A stretch of 63,999 nt of DNA, the filler included, from Stramenopiles sp. TOSAG23-2 (lineage: Eukaryota), in the NCBI GenBank assembly GCA_900128395.1. It is 6 parts of 6 records of this genome, joined end to end, with 100 filler letters (N's around TTAATTAATTAA, not from the genome) between each part and the next. Parts side by side here need not be neighbours in the genome. Positions count along the whole stretch, not along the records: positions 10,796 to 21,487 come from LT649998.1; positions 21,588 to 32,273 come from LT649999.1; 4 more parts are not named here. One strand, written 5' to 3'. The position numbers and the translations under genes were made by a program. This document shows positions 10,970 to 23,522 of this stretch, one piece after another (position 1 is the stretch's first letter; each line of letters starts with the position of its first letter). The notes below the pieces were generated by a model. It was given only the letters and a program-made list of their open reading frames with translations, had not been told where the DNA came from and ran no database searches.

Positions 10970-13310
10970 TTACCGTTTCCTACCCCACATTTCCTTTGCA
11001 AATCTTGCACTTGGTGGTAATTCTTTCATCTTCTTACTCCCTTTATTATTATTACCATACGATGAATTGTTATTTTTATTATCATTACTTCCTTGATGTT
11101 TGGTATTACTATTATTACTATTTGGATTATTTGCTAATTCCGTATTTACACTAATTACACCTTTTTTTTTACGTTTTTTAGGTGGTTGTAATAAATTATC
11201 ATCATCCTTATCAACACCACCACGACGATTATGTTTCTTGTTGTTATTACGTGATAACGACGATGATGGATTATTAATAATCGCTGCAACACTTGGATTA
11301 ACACCACGTCTTTTATTTGTCCTATTTTTTGTACTTGATTGAACATCAAAATCATCAAATGTAAATTTCGCTTTACCTTTTGCACTACCAGTACTTTGTC
11401 CACCAACTAATGAGGACATACTTAATAATGGTGAACTTAAATTAAAATAATCAGCCACTTCTTGAAAATTCACATCCGGCAAATCATTTGGACCAACACC
11501 ATTTAAATTTCCATATGTATACATATTCATTGGTGTATTGTTACCACTTATAATACCACCACTACTATTCATGATTTCACTACTACGTGGTGTTGCTAAT
11601 AAATTTTCAGCAAATTTAGCAATATCCACATCTAATGGACCATGATTACCCATTGTAGGTGAAACAATTGAACCAAATACATTATCATCGTCATCATTAT
11701 TATTATTATTATTATTATTCCTTGTAGATGTTATTGCATTTGCATCTTCAAAATCATAACCATTGTCATCGATATCTTGTTGTTGTTGCACAAGTACATC
11801 ATCTTCTGCTTGTTCTTTAACAACATCTTCTTCTTCTTGCATAATATTTTGTGATGTATTCGATACTTTCGAGGATGATTTATTGTTATTACTATTACTA
11901 CTACTACGTTTACGTCTTGTATTCTTTTTTTTCTTTTCACTATTACTGTTGTTGTCCTTATTTGTACTACCACTAGCACTACTAATTGGAACAGCTTGTT
12001 TCATAAAATTATTTTTTGATAATAATTGTAATAACAATTGCGTATGTTTATAACGACGTGGTGTTTCCAATGGTACATGCATATTTGCACTATTATGCGG
12101 TGTAATTGGTTGTTGTTGTTGTTGTTGTAAATCTTCTTCACGTTGATGTTGTTGTAATTGATGCGTTCCAACCATATTATGATTAGAATTTGTACTAGAT
12201 GGAATACCTGCCATACCACTTTGTATGAATTTATTACTACTAATATTATTTACAGTAGTAGTAGTAGTAGTTGTTGTCGTGATTGCACCATTTTTACCCG
12301 TATTTACATTATGTTGTACATGTTTTTGTACACTAACACCACGTGGTAAATTTGTCATTTGATTTGGATTATTTGAACCACCAACATGATCATGTAATAT
12401 TGCATAACATTTATGAAATGTTTGTGTATCTTTTTCGGATAAATCTTGTAACATTGAACTAATATCAATCGGTGCACCATCTGATGTAGTTTCAATTGGT
12501 TTACGTGGTTGTGCTGGTATTTTATTTCCTTTTACCCCGATGCTAGCACTTATATGTTGCAATTGTTGAGAGGATAATAATGATGGGTGGATTGAACCAC
12601 CTTGTAACAATTGTTGTTGTTCTGCACTCATGCCACTTAAACCACCACCACCACCATTAACACCTTTTCTTCCACTTGCGAAATGATTAGGATTATTCGA
12701 ACCCTTATCAATACCACTACCATTTCCACTTTGTGCTTTTAATTGTTTCGTCATTTCTTTCGCAATTCTTCTCATATTACGTCTCATTGTGCTATACCAA
12801 TGGTTTTTAATTGCATTGTCAGTACGTCCAGGGAGTAATTTAGCAATATCAGCCCATTTGTTACCTGCATATATGGTGGAGAGATGTTAGTTTGTTTCTT
12901 TTTTGTTTGCTTTGTGTGTGTGTGTGCGTGTGTGTGTGTGTATCAATTTGAAGAAAGGAGAAATATATTTATTACGATATATTACAATATATATATATAC
13001 ATATTTGGAAAATGTGTTGGAGTACGTATGTATGATGAATAATAAATATAAACATACCTAATTTTTTTTGTGCTTCATATATAGTACGTTCTTCTTCTTT
13101 AGTCCATGGGCCTTTATTAATCGTTGGATCTAAATGATTTAACCATCTAGTACGACATTGTTTACCTGTACGTTTTGTACCAGCTAAACGCATAGCAGCT
13201 AAACGTTCTGCAATGATACTCCAACGTTTTGTACCAATTTCGTCTACTAATTTGACTATGGCATTATCTTCTTCAGCAGTCCAAGCACGACGTTCATGTG
13301 CAGTTGACAT
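10970..13310 (-). CDS. R2R3-MYB transcription factor, two exons (13310-13058 and 12864-10970), intron 12865-13057
   Basis: Exon 1 [27 protein letters not shown]; removing the GTATGT...TGCAG intron restores [30 protein letters not shown] in frame with the 605-aa ORF. Confidence 0.95.
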
Positions 13311-14443
13311 GATGTGTGTGTGTGTGTGTGTTGATTAAATTGACTTATGTAGTTTTTTTTTTGAGGTGGATATATATATTTATTTATGTATGTATATATA
13401 TGCCACGAATGAATGATGTTGTAATCTGTTTGTCTTTGTTATATTCTATCTCGCCACTATGAATATATATATATATATATAGAAAGAGAGAGGTGGTTAA
13501 TTGTATCAAATATTATTACTATTATATATTAATAATGGGGCAATAATGTTGTGATGGATGTGGAAAAAAAATAATAAATTTGGATGATGATGATCCAAAA
13601 AAAGTTGAAATATATTAATTTTTTTTTCACAAGCTCACAAAAACAAATAGAGAGAGAGAAAGAGAAACACGATAGTTATATATTACAATACAATCAATAA
13701 AAGTAATAGCAATACATACATATATATATATATCTCACACAACATACACACATACATACATACATGCAATCAATCAATCAATCAAATATATATAAGTTGA
13801 CAATTAATTTTTTATATTTTTGGATATTTCTTCTCGGTAATGCTATTCACCTGCTATATTTTCAAAATGATTTGGATCCTTCATCCAAGATGTTTTGTTA
13901 TGTGTAACGCCGATGGATAGCCGTGCTGTGCTGCTGTTCTTCCTTTTATCAAAATTGAAATACAGGGCACATAGCATAGCAATCCAATTATTATCATGCG
14001 CTATATGTGCTGTGCTGTTGTAGTGCTGCTGTTGTGCTGGGCACCTGGTAGATATTTGCACTGGTTTTGAAAGCAATCCTATATACTATTTGCATGCTAT
14101 AGATTTCTGAGGTTTTGAAAAGAAAAGAGGACGGAGGCCGGCCGCTGGAACGTACTTGTTCAAATACAATTTATACATAGGAAGAGATAATATTTTTAAC
14201 ACAAAAAATTTCTGAAGTCTTCTTCTGTGTTTTTTTAAAAAAATACATAAAATATATATTTTTTTTGACTTTTTTATATTGTACTACACACAAACACACA
14301 CAAAACAGAAACAAAACATAATCTCAAACACACCACAAACAACTCTTCTCATCATATCACCCTTATTTTTCTATCTTTTTCTCTCTGGTCTCTCGATACT
14401 TTAAACAACTAACAATATATCACACACACACACACCCATTTCA

Positions 14444-17400
14444 TCACACCGTCCACCCAACACTTTCATTACCAGTCAAACGAAAATCAGCATCCATTTC
14501 TAAACAATTATAAATGGCAAATAATAATTTCTCACGTAACACTTCTTTATTGCTATATAATGGTAAATTAATACTAAAAAAACATGTATGTGCTTTTGGT
14601 AAATATTTATCTGGATGATTACGTGGACCATCACCAACTAATGCTTGGATTTTAAATTTTTGTTTAAATTCTTTTGCTGTTGGTGGCAAATGGGAACGTG
14701 CCCATACAAAACGTAAAAATGCACGTCGTTTCTCATGATCCCATTCTTTCAATATTTCCCACATCCATAAAATATGTTGATCATCTGCACTAACATCATC
14801 ATCATATTCCGTATTTAAACGTAATAAATCAATATCAATTTCTTCTTTGCCACATACGGTTTCTTCTAATTCCTCCCATGTTAAAATAGGCAATATATCA
14901 GCTGGAACAACGGATAATAAACCATCCCTCAATGCTTTCATTGCATCTTTGCTTTCCAGTAAACGTGTGCGAACAACTGTTATAGCATATTGAACAACAT
15001 GTTCCACTATTTGTACATCGTTGTTGTTGTTGTTACTCTTTATATATTGAATAAATTGATTTTCAATATTCATATTTGTACCATCAGATAAACGTACATC
15101 ATATCCTAATTCATGCAATATATCTTTCATCATTGATATATTTTGACTCGTTTCTTTTGTCAACTTATTGTCTTTCTTATTTTTCGTCTTCACCTTCCCT
15201 AATAAAACATCATCATCATTAACAAATTTTAACAATCCATTCAACATAATACATACATTTTCATCATAATTCATTAAATCATTAAATGTTAAACATTCTC
15301 CAACTAATACTTTCCATATCATAGATGGGAAAGACAATGATAAATGAACACGACTACGCAATGCAATGCCAAGAATTTGACCTAAGAAATTATACATTTC
15401 AATATATAACTGGGCACTTCCAGCATATGAACGTACAGTTGATGGATTTAATACAAAATGTTTTTGATTTTCTCCTATAGAATTTTGTTGATTTGGGCAT
15501 GGTACTAATAATGGCAAGACACATGATGTACTATTATTATTAGTAGTAGTAGAAGCATTGCTGCTGATATTATATCCACCATTACTATCACCAACTTTTG
15601 ATTGTAATTCTTCAATAATTTGTGAGAAAAATTCACGATATGGACCACCGTAATCATCCACACCTTCCCCTTCAAATTTCACTTTAAACGTTCGTTCTTG
15701 CCCATCATCCATTGGATGTGTATATCCCATTCGTAATGATGCAGGTTCTAAAAAGTGTAATTCATCAAATGATTGGCCAAATACACTATAACTAAGACGT
15801 GTTTCTGGGTCTGGTTTATTCCTAGCTAAAATTGCTTTTGGGCGATTTAACACAACTTGTGGTAAATCTTCTGGATAATCATAATCATCCTCCGCTTTTT
15901 TTGCACGTGTTGTTGTTCTACGTAATCCAATTGTTAATAAATTATATTTCGTATGGAAAAAGATCGAACCGCGTATTGTAGATAATAAATTTCCAATATC
16001 GCCGTACAACCGTTTACGAATGCAATGTTTATTGTACGATAAATATGAATTATTTAAAATTGGCTTCTTATATTCATTTGCCATTGATGACAGCGGTAGC
16101 AATCCAATAATACGATCATTTAAATAGGATAACAATGCAAATCTAGCACTAATATAGGTGAAATTTAAATATTGTTTCACATTTAAAATATCAACATCAA
16201 CTTTTCTATCATCATTATGTTGAAATATTGTTGGTGTTTTTTGATATTTATTTACCGTTTCTTTTACACGTTTAATGATCAATGGTAATAATTTGTCATT
16301 TAATATTTTAGGTGTAACATTCCATGGTGACAATTCTTGTTTGTTCACAGATGCATTATTAATATTAGTACAATGTTGATTTATAATATCTACAATTGTA
16401 TTGTCTAATATTTCATTGTTGTTGTCGTTGTTGTTATTATTACTGATCGTTTTATTATTATCGATAGAAATAAATTCAGAAAATGTTTCCATCGTTAAAA
16501 ATGGCAAACCATCAGTTGTTTCTACTATTTTTAAATCATCCATCTTGTAATTATCGTTATTTGCAGAGCTGTTGTCGTTGTTGTTGTTGCTGCTGCTACT
16601 ACTGCTAGTGGTAGCAGTAGATTTATCATTTTTCTCATCATCGTTGATCTTCTTTTCCTTTTTCTTCACATCTTCAACCGTATTTTTCTTATCATTAATT
16701 TTCTTCCCAGACGTTGAAATAGCATTACTTTTCACCTTACATTCATCTAATTCACGTTGGCTGAAAAACCACACACCTTTTTCCGTTGCATCTTCCCCTT
16801 CAATTGAACGCCATAATTTACCATTTGGACCAATACCAATAACAGTCGCGACACCTCGTAACGTAGGTACTTGTTCCCCAATAGTTAAACCATATTTTTC
16901 CACACAAAGCTTATTATTCGTATCAAATTGCAAATCATATCCAGATTGCGTTAAATATCTAGAAGTTTCTTTTAAATACCATTTTTTATATGTATTTAAA
17001 TATATATCTTGTAAAAATAAATCTTTGTTAACACGTTGGGTTAATGTATAATTTCGTAATAACGTTGATGCACTTAGAATATTGTCTAAGCTAACACTAC
17101 TTGGAGCACCTGGTATATCGACACCGGCACCTGGTAAATCAAAATGTTCTGGTAAAATTTGTACTTGTTGTCCACGATTATAAAATGCGACAGCTGGATA
17201 AATTACACCAACTAAATTTGTTATCGCAACTCCTAAATCTTCACCATTTTTATCGAAACTCAAGGTACCTTCGTCCATATCTAACGTAACGCCAATCACA
17301 TCCCCTTGGCCAAACCGTTCGCCATATAATTTAACTTTGTTACGCTTATGGTACAACGCTCTATCACCAATATAACCCCATCCATTTTCATCTCCACCTA

Positions 17401-20400
17401 AAAATGTCGATAAATTTGCATCTTTTGTTGCTATACCAACAAATAAATATGCAGTTGGACTTCTTTCAATACGTATTTTCCAATGGTTTTTACCAATCAT
17501 AAATCCTACATTACCAAGCACGGTGCTCCAACTTTCACTACTACTAAATGTGGCATTATGCCCATTGTTACTAATATCAATCGATGGTCCACAGTGCATC
17601 CTATCAAATATAAATGAGTTTGTAGTTTCTTTTCTTAAGTCTTTTTGTACATTGTCCTCTTTACTCTTTTCTTCTTGATTGTTAACTTTGGCTTCTTCAC
17701 ATTTTTCATTGATTGCAACATTTAAATTCAACAACGATTGCAAGTAAGGTGACAATATCATACGACCATTGGAACGTTCATTTTTCAATCGTTCCGTTGC
17801 TAACTCTTTCAATTCTTTTGCAGGTAATCGATGGCACCATTCAATGGTGCCAAATTCAACGTTACAATACAAAAACAATATTTTTGCTAATAAATCATAT
17901 ACGATGCTATTGTAATGCATATTATTTGTCATCGTTGATTTGCAAAGCACGTCAAATAATAATTGCAATTTATCCGAGATATGATGGTAAGTAAAAATAC
18001 CTTTTCCATGCTGATCAAATATTGTATTGATCAGACACTTACTAAAATATGCACTTGGCTTACCAAGCCCATTGGAATGTATTGGGATTACATCCGTTTC
18101 AAGGAATAACAATGTATTATTTAATTCACTGATGCTGCGTTCCACCAATGCATTTAAAAATAAAAATGACATGCTGTTGCTCCCGCCATCTTTTGTTGCA
18201 TTGAATTCGTCAATTAACAATTGAACAATCACATTTTCAATCATATTTTGTGTACGCAAATGTTTAAAAGTATCAATACAAATGCATGAAGATAATTTCA
18301 GCGGTATAATGGTATCTGCTGGCACGACCGTTGGGTTCCTACAGATAACAAATTTTATGAAATTCAATAATAAATCATGCTTGTATCCAATTGCATTGAT
18401 AATACCAATGCGTCGTTTGGCATCGCTATCGTCATTATTTGTTGTTGTCTCATTATTGTTGTATTGTTCTAAATAAATACCAAATACAGACAATATTATT
18501 TGTTGAGAATACAAGGATGAAAGGATTGTTTCTGTCTCGACAACAGCTTGTTCAATTTGTTTTACAGAATCACAAATGGATATACTAGATACCACAGACG
18601 CAAATTTGCCCAAACGAGAACCACTGCCATATCCAGCAAAATCACTTTGCTGTGAATATTGGTTGTACATATTATTTTCTTGCGTTGCATCGTTTGGAAA
18701 GTAATTTTCATAACTTAAATCATCATCAACCATTGTATTCGAATGCAATCGATTTGTTGCATCTAATAAATGTTGCTCGCTTTCCATATGTTTATTCAGC
18801 GTTTGATCTTCATTATCACTATCATCCTCATCATCCTCTTCATCATCATCGTCGTCATCATCATCGTCGTCATCTGATGCATCATCATCGTCATCTTCCT
18901 CATCGCATTCTTCATGGCGCAATTGCGACAACATGTCTAAATTATCCACGATCCATGTACTAGCACTAACCATGTCATTTCCATTTTCACGCAAAGCGGT
19001 GACGCACCATTCCTCTGGAAATCCCATTGCCATCAGTTCATCAACCATTTCAGCAGGTGGGGCTTGCAAGGAAGTAATGTCCATTCCAACCATTAAATCG
19101 TCTGCATCGTGCTCATTGTGCATTGCTTGAATAGCAGCTAATTCATTTGCCATCTGTTGATCTGCATCAAATATATTATTATTATTATTATTGTTATTGG
19201 ACAAATCTCCATCCTGATCTTCTTCCTCGTTGTTGTTATTGTTGTTAGTAGTAGGTTTAGCCATGTCAACGGGACTAGATTCATTGTCTACAACAATAGA
19301 ATCGCCTTCAACTTTTACCTCCATGTTCTTCTCCTTGCCCCCGACATTGTTCATAACATGATTTGTCCACTTTTTCTTTAAGCTTTGCAAGCGTTGTCGT
19401 AGTAACAAGGCTTTACTCTCAAACAATTCAATAGTGGTGACGGCATTATCGGTGCGTGTTATTGAATTAATATGATCGTACACGCTATTATTAGTTACAA
19501 CACTTAATTGAAATAATGATTGAAGTAATGTGCTATTGCTACTGTCTTTTTGTAGTATTGTTTCGGCAATTTTATATGCATGTTGATTGTTGACGATCTT
19601 GTCATTCGTGATATCATCGTCACCATCATTTGTTTGGTGCTTACTTTTCGTTTGATCGTAATGTTCTAGCAAGGATGATAATGACTTTAATGTGCTAGAT
19701 AAGATTATATGATGTTCCACATCTTTACTAGTAGCAGGTGGTGTAGTATTGGCATTGAAAGAAACTGAATTTGAAAGGAATATTTTATCCAACATGTCTA
19801 AAATTGGCATTGTTATATTGCTATAGCATTGTGCCTCAAAATTGGAAACGGTTTCCTTTATAATTCTTAATTCCTCCGTATTCATACGAACTGCTTTCAA
19901 TGCATTGTTGTGTTTCAAAGTATTGGCTGCGGATTGGTCATATACTTGCGTTTCCACCATTGCAATTCGTGCAGCAGGTGCGGACATGGTTGCACCACAT
20001 GTATTGACATCAGAATCTAATGAGAGGACGGTCGCAGTTAAATTAGTATGTGATAACGATACCCGGCCACCTATTCTTAAGTTGTCAATGTGACCACCAA
20101 GTACAGCTAATGCCGCCCATGCACGGCTGTATGTGTTGCTACGTTCATCCACTTTTGCAGAATCATTATCATCACCATCATCCTTACCTTCTACAAGTTT
20201 TGATATTTTGATAATTGCTGCTTTCAAACTTGCTTCCAATGCATCTTGCCACAAGGAACTCTTGCTTAAGCGTTGTATTAACGATATAATTTCACTGCAT
20301 ATTATAAAGGAATTATTTGATTCCTCTAATGCTGGGCAGCCATATTCATCGGTACGCATCCAATCCTCCTGATTGCGTTGTATACCAGTTGTTGTTGTCA

Positions 20401-21487
20401 TAATCAAATCAGCTGGCTTTTGTTTTACACTGTTTATCTCCGGCCATACCGACAGACCAACAAAATCCAATAAGACGTTAACAATATTTTCTCCAGCGAA
20501 TTTAATATCCTTACTTGACAAATTGACAAACATATTTGTAAGGGAGATTGGTTTCACACGTGGGATCAAGACCCGTAAAACACGGATTGCACATTGTTTT
20601 AGTCTATGCGTTCCATCTTTCAATAAAGTAAGCAATAATTGCAACCATTTTTGGTTTGACATCATTTCTATTGCAACAGGTGTTTGGACGGATAACCATA
20701 GCAATAATTGCATTTGATAACAATGGTTGTCGACGATTTGATCCGTACTACCCAATGGTGGTCCTTTCTCACAATCAACGCGAACGTGTATTGGACTTAA
20801 AGCTCTGCTATGATATCGTAACTTTGCTAAGCATCCTTCCATGCCATGTTTAATTGGAAAATTGGCTGGCAATGCATTTTTGTCATAACCAACATAAATT
20901 GGGTTCCTTGATTGGTTTGCTTTCCGGTAAATACCACTATAATTTGTACGCTGTGCATCTAGTACTCCATTAATGTACAGTCTTAATTGCGCAGCTTCAG
21001 ATACTATCGCTACATGTGTCCATCGATGCAACGGGACAACACTTTTACTTGGTAGCCTCTCGCTATCGGTGGTTGGGCTCATGTTTCCTTGTCTGTTTGA
21101 GTTTTGTTTGGTCATAATTACTTCTATTGTACGTTCGTTTGGATTCAATGAAATCAATGGATTAAATTCATTTATATTTCCACGTAACAAAATCAATCTT
21201 CGTTGCCCAATGCTATCTTCAGTAAGCAACATCCAAAATGTTAAACTGAAGTCTCCTTGGCTATTATTTGGTAATACGTTTGCTGCAGGGACGACAAAGC
21301 TAGTTTCCCCTGGTACAATGTGATGTGGGGCATCGATAATATCTTGGCTATGTGCCATTCGAGGATATTGTTTCGACGTTTTAATATTATTATTGCTACT
21401 TTGCATTACCGTTCCATTTACAGATGAAATGGTTCTCAATGCAACTTGTTCCTCGACAAGATTTTCCTGTTGCTTCTTTTCCCACAT
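14444..21487 (-). CDS. HECT E3 ubiquitin ligase with LamG-like, UBA and SPRY domains; probably 5'-truncated at contig edge
   Basis: WTHVAIV..LYING (LamG), LMAMGFPEEWCVTAL (UBA), FGQGDVIGVTLD..YPAV (SPRY), GEGVDDYGGPYREFF and LPKAHTCFF (HECT catalytic Cys). Confidence 0.93.
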   Translation of the reverse strand: MWEKKQQENLVEEQVALRTISSVNGTVMQSSNNNIKTSKQYPRMAHSQDIIDAPHHIVPGETSFVVPAANVLPNNSQGDFSLTFWMLLTEDSIGQRRLILLRGNINEFNPLISLNPNERTIEVIMTKQNSNRQGNMSPTTDSERLPSKSVVPLHRWTHVAIVSEAAQLRLYINGVLDAQRTNYSGIYRKANQSRNPIYVGYDKNALPANFPIKHGMEGCLAKLRYHSRALSPIHVRVDCEKGPPLGSTDQIVDNHCYQMQLLLWLSVQTPVAIEMMSNQKWLQLLLTLLKDGTHRLKQCAIRVLRVLIPRVKPISLTNMFVNLSSKDIKFAGENIVNVLLDFVGLSVWPEINSVKQKPADLIMTTTTGIQRNQEDWMRTDEYGCPALEESNNSFIICSEIISLIQRLSKSSLWQDALEASLKAAIIKISKLVEGKDDGDDNDSAKVDERSNTYSRAWAALAVLGGHIDNLRIGGRVSLSHTNLTATVLSLDSDVNTCGATMSAPAARIAMVETQVYDQSAANTLKHNNALKAVRMNTEELRIIKETVSNFEAQCYSNITMPILDMLDKIFLSNSVSFNANTTPPATSKDVEHHIILSSTLKSLSSLLEHYDQTKSKHQTNDGDDDITNDKIVNNQHAYKIAETILQKDSSNSTLLQSLFQLSVVTNNSVYDHINSITRTDNAVTTIELFESKALLLRQRLQSLKKKWTNHVMNNVGGKEKNMEVKVEGDSIVVDNESSPVDMAKPTTNNNNNNEEEDQDGDLSNNNNNNNNIFDADQQMANELAAIQAMHNEHDADDLMVGMDITSLQAPPAEMVDELMAMGFPEEWCVTALRENGNDMVSASTWIVDNLDMLSQLRHEECDEEDDDDDASDDDDDDDDDDDEEDDEDDSDNEDQTLNKHMESEQHLLDATNRLHSNTMVDDDLSYENYFPNDATQENNMYNQYSQQSDFAGYGSGSRLGKFASVVSSISICDSVKQIEQAVVETETILSSLYSQQIILSVFGIYLEQYNNNETTTNNDDSDAKRRIGIINAIGYKHDLLLNFIKFVICRNPTVVPADTIIPLKLSSCICIDTFKHLRTQNMIENVIVQLLIDEFNATKDGGSNSMSFLFLNALVERSISELNNTLLFLETDVIPIHSNGLGKPSAYFSKCLINTIFDQHGKGIFTYHHISDKLQLLFDVLCKSTMTNNMHYNSIVYDLLAKILFLYCNVEFGTIEWCHRLPAKELKELATERLKNERSNGRMILSPYLQSLLNLNVAINEKCEEAKVNNQEEKSKEDNVQKDLRKETTNSFIFDRMHCGPSIDISNNGHNATFSSSESWSTVLGNVGFMIGKNHWKIRIERSPTAYLFVGIATKDANLSTFLGGDENGWGYIGDRALYHKRNKVKLYGERFGQGDVIGVTLDMDEGTLSFDKNGEDLGVAITNLVGVIYPAVAFYNRGQQVQILPEHFDLPGAGVDIPGAPSSVSLDNILSASTLLRNYTLTQRVNKDLFLQDIYLNTYKKWYLKETSRYLTQSGYDLQFDTNNKLCVEKYGLTIGEQVPTLRGVATVIGIGPNGKLWRSIEGEDATEKGVWFFSQRELDECKVKSNAISTSGKKINDKKNTVEDVKKKEKKINDDEKNDKSTATTSSSSSSNNNNDNSSANNDNYKMDDLKIVETTDGLPFLTMETFSEFISIDNNKTISNNNNNDNNNEILDNTIVDIINQHCTNINNASVNKQELSPWNVTPKILNDKLLPLIIKRVKETVNKYQKTPTIFQHNDDRKVDVDILNVKQYLNFTYISARFALLSYLNDRIIGLLPLSSMANEYKKPILNNSYLSYNKHCIRKRLYGDIGNLLSTIRGSIFFHTKYNLLTIGLRRTTTRAKKAEDDYDYPEDLPQVVLNRPKAILARNKPDPETRLSYSVFGQSFDELHFLEPASLRMGYTHPMDDGQERTFKVKFEGEGVDDYGGPYREFFSQIIEELQSKVGDSNGGYNISSNASTTTNNNSTSCVLPLLVPCPNQQNSIGENQKHFVLNPSTVRSYAGSAQLYIEMYNFLGQILGIALRSRVHLSLSFPSMIWKVLVGECLTFNDLMNYDENVCIMLNGLLKFVNDDDVLLGKVKTKNKKDNKLTKETSQNISMMKDILHELGYDVRLSDGTNMNIENQFIQYIKSNNNNNDVQIVEHVVQYAITVVRTRLLESKDAMKALRDGLLSVVPADILPILTWEELEETVCGKEEIDIDLLRLNTEYDDDVSADDQHILWMWEILKEWDHEKRRAFLRFVWARSHLPPTAKEFKQKFKIQALVGDGPRNHPDKYLPKAHTCFFSINLPLYSNKEVLREKLLFAIYNCLEMDADFRLTGNESVGWTV

Positions 21488-21587
21488 NNNNNNNNNNNNN
21501 NNNNNNNNNNNNNNNNNNNNNNNNNNNNNNNTTAATTAATTAANNNNNNNNNNNNNNNNNNNNNNNNNNNNNNNNNNNNNNNNNNNN
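21488..21587. other. Artificial contig linker
   Basis: N44-TTAATTAATTAA-N44. Confidence 0.99.
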
Positions 21588-22694
21588 TATTGGCCGTTGT
21601 AATTTCTTTTTCATATCCTTATAAAGTTTATAAAATACCTCATTGATTGCATTTTCTCTGCGTAATTGTTCAGGATCATCTAAAACTGATTTCTTATTTG
21701 CATTATTAGCTGCCTCGTCTTCTTCCGGTGTATCTAACTCATTGTTCAAACGACGCTCGGCCATATTGCGTCTGCGTCCGCCGCGATTTAAACCACCTTT
21801 CGCTCCGCGTGTATATGGGGATTTACGAGGTGTTCGTGCCTCTGTATACAATTCAAAGTTTAATTTCTTTGCCATGAAAGATTCTATACGTTTATCATAA
21901 ACACTTCCAGAAATATCAATCATCCATGACGGCTCGCGACCTTTTAAATGGTAACCTAAAACATTAATTAATTGCACTTCGCCCGATTCCGGTCCATTTA
22001 GAAACTCACATATTAAGCAACGTAATGTTGGGTTGTCTGTTGACAGGATGGCCATATTTTTGCACTTTTCAACTTGTCTTACTAAATGTAGTTTTAAACG
22101 TTTCATTCGTAGAAACAATGGATCTCGAAGAGATAACTTTGCTCCACCAATCTCTGCCTGATACGTATGGATTTGTAATTCGTTCATTTTATTGAATTGC
22201 AACGGTTCAGTTTGCTTCTTTTGCCTCTCTATAAACGGTAATGCGGTGATATTTGTAACTAGTGAGAAGGGATGTTGACCAGGTTGTAAGTACGAAGTTA
22301 GATAAGTTGTTTTATCCATTGTTGGAACGTTGTACATTTGCAAAACCCATGGAATTTCAGTTGGATGTCTCGTTTCAGCATGCATCCACCCTTTTGCTCT
22401 TAAAATGAACTCTCGTTTTGTTAAAAATTCTGAATACGTTTCAAAATGAAAGGCAAAAGTGGAACTTAAAGTTGACTTTTTTAACAAGTCCTCGCATACG
22501 CGAGGTATATTTAAGTGATCGTCATATTTCTTTTTCAAACGATAATTATATGAAGAATACCAAGCGTGTGGAAACTTATGATCATTAAAGAAAATAGTGT
22601 CTGGCACATGTATGCGTAGTGATGTTGGAAAGTTAGGTCCACTTTCTAAAGCTGCATACAATAATTGCCACGATTTATAATATGGTGGTGGCAT
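21588..22694 (-). CDS. Hypothetical protein, 3'-truncated at contig edge
   Basis: Open frame of about 369 codons running into the N linker; globular composition; no family recognised. Confidence 0.7.
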
Positions 22695-23522
22695 TGGTGG
22701 TATAACAAGCGGGGTTAGATATAACTTGTAGTTTTATTGTACCTTTTCTTTATTGTTTCTTCTCAAACAGCTTTTGTACAATTGATATATATACTCTCCC
22801 TGTATATATATTAAACACAACAATAATAATAACCGTGGAAAAAACAACAACAAATAATAATAGCACAATCCTGGCAATCCAGGGCAATATAAATAGCATA
22901 TGATACAACCTATGCACCTATAGATTCAATGATATTTCCTGTGTATTATTATAGCACTATTAAATATTTGTTGTGTAACTGCTTGTTTTTATGAAAATAA
23001 AAAAAGCTGTCGTTATGATTTTAAGAAGATGAAAGAGCTACCACCTGGTGGTAATTTTTTTAACCAAAATACAAGGGAATAGCACTGTCAAATTCAACAA
23101 AAATATCATCTCTCTTTTTGCTGTGGCTAATATTCGATTGTTGTGTCGCGATCTCATCTATAAATAGAAGAAATTAGTAAAATATTACTATTAATATTAA
23201 ATTATAACGGTAGCGATGATATAAATTTTGGTATAACAATATCTTGAAACGACTCACCCAGATTAATTTGTATATTCTTTAGTCATTCATTAGGCATTGT
23301 TTATTATTGTATGTAACGTGGTATTTATTTATTTTTTAATTTCATCCATCACACTTTTCATACTTTTAATATTTAAAATTAATTATTCCATCTAGATCTT
23401 ACCATCGTTTTTTCCTTTTTGTTGCTGGTTTAGTTTTAGTTAGGAGGTGCATATATACAACACAAACGCACGCGCACACACACGCACATTGTGATTATAA
23501 AATAGTTTGACGTGTTACTAAA

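Noticed and set aside
12900-13800. (GT)n, (AT)n, (CATA)n and (CAAT)n tracts as regulatory or telomeric signals
   Set aside because: Ordinary microsatellites common throughout the window
16572-21323. Many 60-180 aa ORFs antisense or out of frame to long genes (also within the PDZ, PHD, cyclase and kinesin genes)
   Set aside because: Shadow ORFs from codon bias and trinucleotide repeats; no independent motifs
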